From: Paramecium tetraurelia
Lineage: Eukaryota
Assembly: GCA_000165425.1 (NCBI GenBank)
Contig: CT868007.1
Location: 248,001-284,277 of the forward strand
Direction of reading: 5' to 3'
DNA: 36,277 bases
Each line of letters opens with the position of its first letter. Position 1 is the stretch's first letter. Shown in pieces: positions 1-11,490 of the stretch. The translations under genes and the position numbers were made by a program. The notes beneath the pieces were generated by a model. That model searched no databases and had not been told where the DNA came from. It saw nothing but the letters and a program-made list of their open reading frames with translations.

Positions 1-1430
1 GTATGAGCTATAAAATATAATTACTTAGAACTCCAATCAACTAGTAATCTCTTGTATCTAAACCATTCCATGTTTCCAATATAACTAATCATCATGATTC
101 TTGATATCCACTTGTTATTTTTTCACCTTAAATTACTTGTAAATTTCTCTGGTATCACCATTTTTCCAGATGCCTCTAAATCTTATTTGAAAATATTCCA
201 ACTAGTGTGTTTCTTTTTTCGTACTCTCTTCCAGCTTGCAACAATTCTTGTAATTCAGAAGCGCAAAAGTCATGTATATCTATTATTTTAAGGAATGCCA
301 CATTTCACAATATTTTGACCTTCCCTCCTTCCTTGCCTTTACACTCAATTTCCAATTAAATCTAACCATTTAACATAATAAATTAATTGGCTTTTTAATG
401 TATATACATACATCTTACCAATTTACAATTTTGTTGTGTCTTTTATACGCATGGATTTATTGATCTATCTCAGATGCTTTCTCTAATTATCTTTCCAAAC
501 TCACTGTAATTCCTTCCAATAAGATATTGACTGGTTTGCTCTGATTATCAATTATATACTTCAACTTTTTCCCTTATCGATGCTGACTTGTCTGGAAGAT
601 CCTAATTCCCAAGTGTTGATTTCAATTAGATTTAAACAAATCTTTAACAAAGTTATGTTGTTGCCCTTCTTCATTCTCATTTGAAGTCAAAGGCTAGATT
701 GTTTAATGTATATTATAAAACATTCATCTAGCATCATATCATTTGACTGCCATTTGATTTTCTCTTTAATCTAATTCAAGATATAACTAAAATTGGGTCT
801 AGAATTAAATTGGAATTTGATTGCGCTTATTAAATTAGAGGTTGAAATGCTTCACCCTTGAGTTCAAGATTTTAGAAGTCATCATTAAATGAATAAAAAA
901 CTTTATATTTTATCCTATTTTTTGTTATTCTTTGCTCATTCATTAAACAAGTTGACTCCCCTGAAAATTAAATTGAGGCATGCTTATAAAATGCATTTCC
1001 TAATTTGAACAATCATATTTGTAGAACAATCTGAAATTTTTAGAGATTATAGTAGTACCCCTGCATTCTATTTCGATAGTATTTCCTTTTCTTCTGGACT
1101 GAGATCTTCTTCAAATATTGTTTGCCCAATTTCAAATTTAAAAGATGCTCTTATTGTTCACACATGCCCATAATTTATTACCGCTTAGATTAAAATGCCT
1201 AGTAGGCTTTTGAGATTCGATTTCGATAGATCTTAGTTAGCTTTCAAAAGAGATCCCTTTATCATATTCTTTCATTTTTCAATCGGAAACCTGAAAAATT
1301 CTTGAAGGGTCTCCTAGAATTTGAGCATAGTTTCATTCAGATCAATGGGTATGTGTTTAAGGATTTCTGTAGTATACTTGATTTCAAATAATATAATCTT
1401 TTGTTCTTCTATTTGAGCAATTCTTGATTA
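1..1430 (-). pseudogene. Decayed protein-coding gene of unknown function, running to or near the left edge
   Basis: Protein-like code-6 segments (IAQIEEQKIILFEIKYTTEILKHIPIDLNETMLKFQETLQEFF; FEEDLSPEEKEILSKQNAGVLLQSLK; LKYIIDNQSKPVNILLEGITVSLERQLEKASEIDQQ) are broken by in-frame TGA (1272-1274, 1158-1160, 622-624) and by frame switches that tiny introns do not rescue. No clear ATG. Confidence 0.6.
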
Positions 1431-1461
1431 AATATTATTTTTAAATTAATTTGTTATTAAA

Positions 1462-2292
1462 ATGAATCCAAATACACCTTTCAATGAACGCTTCCATAAG
1501 ATTCAAGAGAAATTGAATTCAATCCCATTACAACATGATCACTCAAAGGCTCATCGTATTGATACGATATGTGGAAGAATTACAGCAGTTGAAGAGAGAA
1601 CTCAAGATACAATTACATCTTACAATAGAAAGCTTGTAAGTTTGATGAAATATGAATCGATTAGCACTCATTAAAAGATGAGATAGTTCGTTTTTAAAAA
1701 CAAATTGAAGAAGAAAACAATGCATTTGAAACTCAATTTGAACAAAGAGTAAGAGAGATTGCAGCATTTGAAAGTCGCATCACAACCAAATTGGAATAGG
1801 AAATAGCATTGAGAAGAGATGGAAATCTAAAATTACAAGGATACTTGGATGAGAAGGTTTCAGATAAATCTTAATATTATAGGTTGTATACTTGAAATCT
1901 GATATCCAGACTGAAGGCAAAATCAGATAAGAATAAATAGAGAACATTACTACATCCTTAGAGAACGATCTACCAAAATTATATGACATGGTGAAAACAG
2001 AAGGATAAGATAGAGAAGATAGTGACAATGGTACCTTGAGAAGAGCTGGAGATGAAATACGTCGTCTTAATGAAGGAGTGGCTAATCAAAAGAAATTGAG
2101 GTAAATTCTTTATTTTAGAACTTTCTTAGAGAGGAATCAGAAACAGCCATCTTTGAGATGCTCAAGGATCTAGTGTCAAGAGTAAAGAGTGAAATAGAAG
2201 AGGAGAAAAAACTAAGAGAAGAATCGCAAGAATCATTATTAGGTTTACTCGAAGATGCAGCAAATAAAATTTATAAGGCAGCCAAAGATTGA
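1462..2292 (+). CDS. SF-assemblin/beta-giardin family coiled-coil protein (striated rootlet / kinetodesmal fiber component)
   Basis: ATG at 1462; introns 1636-1664, 1857-1882, 2101-2128; TGA at 2290-2292. About 250 aa of segmented coiled coil ending REESETAIFEMLKDLVSRVKSEIEEEKKLREESQESLLGLLEDAANKIYKAAKD, which resembles the SF-assemblin C-terminus. Confidence 0.8.
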
Positions 2293-2794
2293 TCATTCAA
2301 AGAAAAAAAGTATATAAACACATTCAAATAAATTTTATTTGTTTTAATTTATTTTAATTACTATTTCTTTATCATGTTATTATACTACACCTTCTGAAAT
2401 GTGTCTAACATTACCCAGAAATTACTGAATGCACACCTAACTGAGGACTAATTCTAAATTCCTGCAAGGAGTTTAATAAAATTTAAGAAGCAAGCTTATA
2501 CATAAAACACCATCCTCTTTCCCCTCCTTAAATAAAATCAAGTTATATATATAAATATATCAATAAATTCACATAAAAATAGAGATTTAATTAAAAACTT
2601 AAACCTTATGTTTCTTTGACTACTTTTAACAATAGGATTCTGGTCCCTTGAGAATAATTAAAATTCTTACATTAAAAATTGAACATTTTAAATTATATCC
2701 AAACATGTTATTAATAGATTTATTCTAAAATAAAAAAATCTTATAAATAAAGCAAAATTTAATTAATTTATAGAATTAGAAAATTATTTCATAA

Positions 2795-5700
2795 ATGTAG
2801 AAAACTGATTTTAACTTCAAAATATGCGCTTGCGGAAAAGTATTTGAACCTTACTCTTCCTTTGAAGCATAAGTTAAATGTGACACTTGTTTAGAAAACA
2901 AAAAATTTTCAACAAATCAAACAGAAAAAGTACTCTTGGATCAATAACAAGAATAATATGCTAATTAAAGTGGTGACAATTAAATTAAATCTATTAGGTA
3001 ATACAAAACAAAAGTAAGAAGATGAAGAATCTATTATAGAATTTGATAAGCCAATTAAATTAAATTCAAATTATGGAAACTATGATCATCATATTGGTAT
3101 TAAAGCCTAATTACAAACATTAGGAAATGCCTTATAAAGTTTAAATAAATATGAAGAATCAAATATTGAACAGGAGAAGGCGATTCAAATTGATCCAAAT
3201 AATTGTTGTGACTACATCAATAAAGGTATTAAAACATCATTACAAATATTAGCAAAAGCTTTAATGAAGATAAATAAATTTGAAGAAGCAATTTATGAAA
3301 TTGATAAGGCAATTTAATTGAATCCAAATGATCCCATCTGTTATAATATGAAAGGTATAAAGCATTATTACAAAAATTAGGAAATTCATTATAAAGTTTA
3401 TATAAATATGAAGAATCAATTACCGAATATGAGAAGGCGATTCAATTAGATTCAAGTAATAGTAACTACCATTAAAATAAAGGTATCAATCTTAAATTAA
3501 AACATTAGCAAAAGCATTACATCAGTTAAAAGATTATGAAGAAGAAGTTATTGAACATGATAAGATATTAAAAGTGACTTAAAATAATCCTGAAAAGGAA
3601 ATTTTTACTAGTATCAAAGCGTTATTTAATAAATTAGGAAATTAATTATATAAATACGAAGAATATGAACAATCAATAATATAAGTTGACAAGGAAATTG
3701 AATAAAATCCAACTAATGCTAATTCATATTATAATAAAGGCATCAATATAAGATTATATCATATAGGATTACTCTTATAAGATTTAAAAATGTTTGATGA
3801 ATCAATTATTTAATTTAAAAAGGCAATTGAAATAAATCCAAATAATGCCATGTACTATAATAAAAAAGGTATAAAGTTATTAATAAATTATTAGGAGATG
3901 TTCTATGCTAGATACATAAATATGAAGAATCAATTATAGAATATAATATGGCAATTTAATTAAATCCAAAATCTCCTACGTACTATTTTCATAAAGGTAT
4001 TTATTTTCTAATGGTTAAATTAGGTAAAGCATTACTAAAATGCAATAAATCAATCATTGAATTTGAAAAGGGAATTGAATTAAATCTAAATGAAGCTAAC
4101 TACTTAAACAAAAAAGGTTTAAATATACAAACAAACTATTTAGGTTTCCCTTTATATAATTTAAACAACAATGAAGAATCAATTATAAAATATGATAAAG
4201 CAATTGAATTAAATCCAAATAATGCTAAATACTATTATAGTAAAGGTTGAAATCTATAAATAATTTAATTAGGAAATGCTTTATACAATTCAAAGAAATA
4301 TGAAGAATCAATTATAGAATATGATAAAGCAATTGAATTAAATCCAAATGATGCTGAATACTATAATAGTAAAGGTTGAAATATATTAATAATTTAAATA
4401 GGATATGCCTTATATGAGTTATATAAATATGAGGAATCAATTATAGAATTTGATAAAGCAATTGAATTAAATCCAAATTATGATGATTACTATAATAGTA
4501 AAGGTTGAAATATTTAAGTAATTAAATTAGGAAATGCTTTATGCAATTAAAAGAAATATGAAGAATCAATTATAGAATATGATAAAGCAATTGAATTAAA
4601 TCCAAATTATGATGATTACTATAATAGTAAAGGTTGAAATCTATAAATAATTTAATTAGGAAATGTTTTATGGAATTTAAAGAAATATGAAGAATCAATT
4701 ATAGAATATGATAAAGCAATTGAATTAAATACAAATTATGATGATTACTATAATAGTAAAGGTTGAAATATATAAATAATTGAATTAGGATTAGCATTAT
4801 AAGAGTTATATAAATATGAAGAATCAATTATAGAATTTGATAAAGCTATTGAATTAAATCATAATTATTCTTAATACTATTGCAACAAAGGTTGAAATCC
4901 ATAAATAATTTAATTAGGATAAGCATTATACAATTTAAAGAAATATGAAGAATCAATTAAAGAATATGATAAAGCAATTGAATTAAAACCAAGCTATGAT
5001 GTTTACTATAACCGTAAAGGTTGAAATATATAAATAATTTAATTAGGATAAGCATTATACTATTTAAAGAAATATGAAGAATCAATTATAGAATTTGATA
5101 AAGCAATTAAATTAAATCCAAATTATGATGATTACTATAATAGTAAAGGTTGAAATATATAAATAATTTAATTAGGATAAGCATTATACAATTTAAAGAA
5201 ATATGAAGAATCAATTATAGAATTTGATAAAGCAATTAAATTAAATCCAAATTATGATGATTACTATAATAGTAAAGGTTGAAATATATAAATAATTTAA
5301 TTAGGATAAGCATTATACTATTTAAAGAAATATGAAGAATCAATTATAGAATTTGATAAAGCAATTAAATTAAATCCAAATTATGATGATTACTATAATA
5401 GTAAAGGTTGAAATATATAAATAATTTAATTAGGATAAGCCTTATACAATTTAAAGAAATATGAAGAATCAATTAAAGAATATGATAAAGCAATTGAATT
5501 AAATCGATATCATGCTGAATACTATGATAATAAAGGTTGAAATATATTAATAATTTAAATAGGATATGCCTTATACAATTTAAAAAAATATGAAGAATCA
5601 ATTAAAGAATATGATAAAGCAATTGAATTAAAACCAAGCTATGATGTTTACTATAATAGTAAAGGTTGAAATATATAAATAATTTAATTAGGATAAGCAT

Positions 5701-8700
5701 TATACTATTTAAAGAAATGTGAAGAATCAATTATAGAATTTGATAAAGCTATTGAATTAAATCCAAATGATGATGTTTAATATAATTGTAAAGGTTGAAA
5801 TATATAAATAATTGAATTAGGATTAGCATTATAAGAGTTTTATAAATATGAAGAATCAATTATAGAATTTGATAAAGCTATTGAATTAAATCAAAATTTA
5901 TTCTTAATACTATTGCAATAAAGGTTGAAATCCATAAATAATTTAATTAGGATAAGCATTAATGCAATTTAAAGAAATATGAAGAATCAATTATAGAATA
6001 TGATAAAGCAATTGAATTAAATCCAAATTATGATGATTACTATAATAGTAAAGGTTGAAATATATAAATAATTGAATTAGGATAAGCATTATACAATTTA
6101 AAGAAATATGAAGAATCAATTATAGAATTTGATAAAGCAATTAAATTAAATCCAAATTATGATGATTACTATAATAGATAAAGGTTGAAATATATAAATA
6201 ATTTAATTAGGATAAGCATTATAAAATTTAAAGAAATATGAAGAATCAATAATAGAATTTGATAAAGCAATTGAATTAAATCCAAATGATGATGATTACT
6301 ATAATTGTAAAGGTTGAAATATATAAATAATTTAATTAGGATAAGCATTATACAATTTAAAGAAATATGAAGAATCAATTAAAGAATATGATAAAGCAAT
6401 TGAATTAAAACCAAGCTATGATGTTTACTATAACCGTAAAGGTTGAAATATATAAATAATTTAATTAGGATAAGCCTTAATACTATTTAAAGAAATATGA
6501 AGAATCAATTATAGAATTTGATAAAGCAATTAAATTAAATCCAAATTATGATGATTACTATAATAGTAAAGGTTGAAATATATAAATAATTTAATTAGGA
6601 TAAGCATTATAAAATTTAAAGAAATATGAAGAATCAATAATAGAATTTGATAAGGCAATTGAATTAAATCCAAATTATGATGATTACTATAATAGTAAAG
6701 GTTGAAATATATAAATAATTGAATTAGGATTAGCATTATAAGAGTTATATAAATATGAAGAATCAATTATAGAATTTGATAAAGCTATTGAATTAAATCA
6801 TAATTATTCTTAATACTATTGCAATAAAGGTTGAAATCCATAAATAATTTAATTAGGATAAGCATTATACAATTTAAAGAAATATGAAGAATCAATTAAA
6901 GAATATGATAAAGCAATTGAATTAAAACCAAGCTATGATGTTTACTATAACCGTAAAGGTTGAAATATATAAATAATTTAATTAGGATAAGCATTATACT
7001 ATTTAAAGAAATATGAAGAATCAATTATAGAATTTGATAAAGCAATTAAATTAAATCAAAATTATTCCTTAATACTATTGCAATAAAGGTTGAAATATTT
7101 AAGTAATTAAATTAGGAAATGCTTTATGCAATTTAAAGAAATATGAAGAATCAATTATAGAATATGATAAAGCAATTGAATTAAATCCAAATTATGATGA
7201 TTACTATAATAGTAAAGGTTGAAATATATAAATAATTGAATTAGGATTAGCATTATAAGAGTTATATAAATATGAAGAATCAATTATAGAATTTGATAAA
7301 GCAATTAAATTAAATCCAAATTATGATGATTACTATAATAGTAAAGGTTGAAATATATAAATAATTTAATTAGGATAAGCATTATAAAATTTAAAGAAAT
7401 ATGAAGAATCAATTATAGAATTTGATAAAGCAATTGAATTAAATCCAAATTATGATGATTACTATAATAGTAAAGGTTGAAATATTTAAGTAATTAAATT
7501 AGGAAATGCTTTATGCAATTAAAAGAAATATGAAGAATCAATTATAGAATATGATAAAGCAATTGAATTAAATCCAAATTATGCTGAATACTATAATAGT
7601 AAAGGTTGAAATATATTAATAATTTAAATAGGATATGCCTTATACAATTTAAAAAAATATGAAGAATCAATTATAGAATATGATAAAGCAATTGAATTAA
7701 ATCCAAATGATGATGATTACTATAATATTAAAGGTTGAAATATTTAAGTAATTAAATTAGGAAATGCTTTATGCAATTTAAAGAAATATGAAGAATCAAT
7801 TATAGAATATGATAAAGCAATTGAATTAAATCCAAATTATGATGATTACTATAATAGTAAAGGTTGAAATTATATAAATAATTGAATTAGGATTAGCATT
7901 ATAAGAGTTTTATAAATATGAAGAATCAATTATAGAATTTGATAAAGCTATTGAATTAAATCAAAATTATTCTTAATACTATTGCAATAAAGGTTGAAAT
8001 CCATAAATAATTTAATTAGGATAAGCATTATGCAATTTAAAGAAATATGAAGAATCAATTATAGAATATGATAAAGCAATTGAATTAAATCCAAATTATG
8101 ATGATTACTATAATAGTAAAGGTTGAAATATATAAATAATTGAATTAGGATTAGCATTATAAGAGTTTTATAAATATGAAGAATCAATTATAGAATTTGA
8201 TAAAGCTATTGAATTAAATCAAAATTATTCTTAATACTATTGCAATAAAGGTTGAAATCTATAAATAATTTAATTAGGATAAGCCTTATTCAATTTAAAG
8301 AAATATGAAGAATCAATTATAGAATTTGATAAAGCAATTAAATTAAATCCAAATGATGCTGACTCCCATTTTAATAAAGGTGTTAACAATGAAGTATTTA
8401 AATAGGACAAGCCTTATACATGATAGACAATTTAGAAGAAACAATTTTTGAATTTGATTAAGCAATTTAAATAGATCCGAAAATAGCAATTTATTACATT
8501 TATAAAGGTTATTCTTAGTGATATTGATTAGGAAATTCGTTATTAGATTTGAATCGATTTTAGCCATCTATTTTTTCACAAGATGAGTTACTGAATTTAC
8601 CTCATCAATAATTATTATCAAAACAAATTCATGTTTAAAATTACTTATATAATTAGAATATGTCTAATCAAAATTATAGCCACTAAATGATTTAAAGTAA

Positions 8701-8734
8701 TAGTGAATTTATAAATGAATATTTAATTAAATGA
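2795..8734 (+). CDS. Multi-TPR protein (about 44 repeats) with an N-terminal CxC..CxxC motif; one intron per repeat; five +1 exonic insertions in this assembly
   Basis: Starts MQKTDFNFKICACGKVFEPYSSFEAQVKCDTC. Repeated 102-nt exons encode e.g. GQALYNLKKYEESIIEFDKAIELNPNYDDYYNSK, matching the TPR consensus (Y4, G8, A/S20, Y/F24, A27, P32). Phase-1 introns start at 2973, 3097, 3226, 3355, 3483, 3611, 3740, 3869, 3997, 4117, 4246...8251, 8380, 8508. TGA at 8732-8734. Confidence 0.9.
4144..8379 (+). repeat. Near-perfect tandem array of 129-bp units (27-nt intron + 102-nt TPR exon), with 32 GTTGAAAT..TAG introns
   Basis: Intron starts at 4246, 4375, 4504, 4633, 4762, 4891, 5020 ... 8122, 8251. 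Spacing is 129, or 130 where a base is inserted. Confidence 0.97.
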
Positions 8735-9879
8735 ATCAAGCCTATTAACATTTATTTGATATTCAAATAAGATACCTCTTATCCTTAAATTTTAATGCAC
8801 AAATTTATTATTAATTAAAATATTAAAAAGCGAAAATAATTTTAGTATCATTTATTTGATACGCTTCATTTAAGATTAAACAAAAAATAGTCAGCATTAT
8901 TGTTAAATTATATAAAGTGTTTCTTTTATAATATACTCGATATTTGTGAATGCATATGATTCTAGAACTTATAAATTTCAATTTAAAATTATATAATAAT
9001 TAATAAATAATAATATTATCTAACTAAAAGTCTGAATACTAAACTCTTAGTTTATTATTGAGCTGGAAAATATATCTGTTAAATTATCAAATTTGATTTA
9101 GATTGATAATATTTTACCTTCACCATAAATTCTGTTGAATTAGCATATTGCAATTAATCATAAAAGCATAATGTTCGATTTTATCTTACATATTTAAAAT
9201 ATTTTCTCTTTATTTGATCTCTTCTTGTTTTATAGAATTTATTTTCTAGTAAAATTTAACTTTCCAATAATAGACTATAGTAATCTTTTCAATATAAATT
9301 AGTTCTCACCATTTAGATTTAATAAGATTAAAAATAGTTTCATGCAAATTTTTAAATCAAAAGCAAATAATATTGATTTAGATGATAACGACATTGAATG
9401 AAAATGACTAATTTTAGTTCTCATGAAAAGCACAAATAATATGTCCACAAATACTTTTCTAAAAACCTTTCAAAATTTATAGAAATCTGCGAATCAAATA
9501 AATACCTAAGCAAACTACTGAAATAAACACTTTGTATCTTCAAAAATGCAAAATAAAAATAAAATTTATTGCTACAATTTAATGTGAGAATTGAATAGAT
9601 AGAACTATAATTCAAATAAAACATACATTTTATTCAGATTAAATAATTTATATAATTTATAATATATTAGCTTATAATCAGCGAAATGTCTGTTATTGTA
9701 ATACGTAAAAGCATAACAATAGATGAGTATTCAAAAATTAATATTTATATTAAAATGTCTGGTATTTAAATTACATTAAGAAAACGATATTCTAAATTCT
9801 ATAGTTTTTGAGAGGGAACCAATCCAAATTATGCTATCAAATAATTACAAAATTTAGATTTATTAAGTAATTAAAGTTA

Positions 9880-11120
9880 ACTTTTCATCGGAATTCTATG
9901 GTTACAGTTTTATCTGAGTTTAAAGTGATAATTATGGACTATTTTTTTAGCCATCTTTAACTTTCCATTTTTCATCTGCACATTAATCATCATAAACTTC
10001 TTTTCGATAAATAGATTGTTGAAATTTTATGAAAGAAATTTAAGTTATTCATAATTCGAGAATTCTTTCTCCATGTTACATTCTCGATATATTTGCATTA
10101 GGTACAAATACGATGTATTGTTTAAATCAATGTTTTAAATCAATTTGCAAAAAGAATTTTTAGAATAGCACAAGTTTTGTGTATTTATACAATTAGAACA
10201 AAATTATTTTGCATTTGTTTCGCAATAAAAAGGAATTGCTCGGATTTAGGAAAATTTGATTAAAATTTTGTGATAATGCAATTATGTAATGGACCAATTA
10301 AAAAATTCTGTTTAAATTAACTGGCTTTAGGTGTCAATAATAAAATTTAAGCATTAAAAATATGTTATTGATTACATCTCTTTAATATCTTTAAAGGATT
10401 TAGTAATTTTTTAGAGTTTCTATGTGTTTTCATCAGTCATTACTTCAAATTCTCTAGTTCCATTTTCGTTTTTGGAGCTTTTTCTCATTAGCATAAAAAT
10501 TACTCTGTTGCTTCCATTTGATAATAGGTGCGGATTTTATGTACTATTAGAGGCACAAATAAAATCAATTTTATTATTAATTAAGATTCATCTCTTTAGA
10601 GTTTCCAGTTTGGATGATGAGAAGTGATTTGCATTAAATTTTCCCAAAAACATTTAGACAGTTTATTAGTAAATAGTCTAATATTGATAAAATATCTTAT
10701 TTTATAATTTTCTGTATTTTTTTCGTTAGAATAGCTTTTAAATATGACCTTAGCTGAATGGGAAAATCATAAAGCAAATTAGAACTATAAAACTTGATTT
10801 TATGATCATTTGAATCTCGAAGAAGTTTCTTTTCTAAATTTTTCTAAGCCAACATTTAATACTGGGTTTTTGTTTTCCTCCTTCCAATTTTTAAGAATTA
10901 GCATATTAGTAAATGATTCATTCTTCAATATATATATATTATTGTACATTATTTTCTTTAATATTTCTTCAATCTATCATAATAATAGAAAACTTATGTC
11001 GACTTATTTTTTTAAAAGTTCTTAAATCATCGTTTTCAAATAAATTATTTCATCAACTTGCTTAGCCAATTTTAATGTAGACTTCACAGAATGACCTAAT
11101 TCTTCAGAACTAATTTACAT
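9880..11120 (-). pseudogene. Degraded gene with a Cys-rich, FYVE-like zinc-finger remnant
   Basis: ATG at 11120 (MQISSEELGHSVKSTLKLAKQVDEIIYLKTMIQELL). Later fragments FYCETNAKQFCSNC and HRICTQCK lie in different frames, with internal TGAs. Confidence 0.45.
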
Positions 11121-11490
11121 TTTTAATGTCAAGTCAATAAAAATAAATTTTAGTATTGAAATGATTAATTTTTATTAAAAAGCAATGAAATTAATATTGT
11201 AAAAGAACTTGTTAAAAAAAATATCTTTTTTGTAATCCTTAAGTATATATAATCTCTCTCAAAAACAGACCATAATTATTAAATCACGTTATTTAAAATT
11301 GTTTTAAAATTAATACCTAAAATTGTATTCTGAGTATGCATAATTCATTAATTAGTATTTTCTGATCAATAAAGCTAAGCAGCAAATATTTGATTCGTTT
11401 CAATGAGAATAGGACTAAAAATAGAAATTGAAAAAAATAAGGAGTTTCTTATTTTTAATATCAGGCCTAAATTGTTTATTTATTAATTTA

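Noticed and set aside
1..1430. TGA read as Trp or Sec (stop-codon reassignment) in this gene
   Set aside because: Frameshifts are also required, and intact genes in the window use TGG for Trp and TGA as stop. Decay is the simpler explanation.
6169..6766. Minus-strand hydrophobic ORFs in the ORF track
   Set aside because: They are antisense shadows of the TPR array.
4144..8379. CRISPR-like or non-coding satellite interpretation of the 129-bp array
   Set aside because: There are no unique spacers. Units translate as TPR repeats once TAA is read as Gln and the 27-nt introns are removed.
9000..9700. Possible gene (long TGA-free frame on the plus strand)
   Set aside because: No clear start, strand or motif. 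Long TGA-free frames arise easily under code 6.
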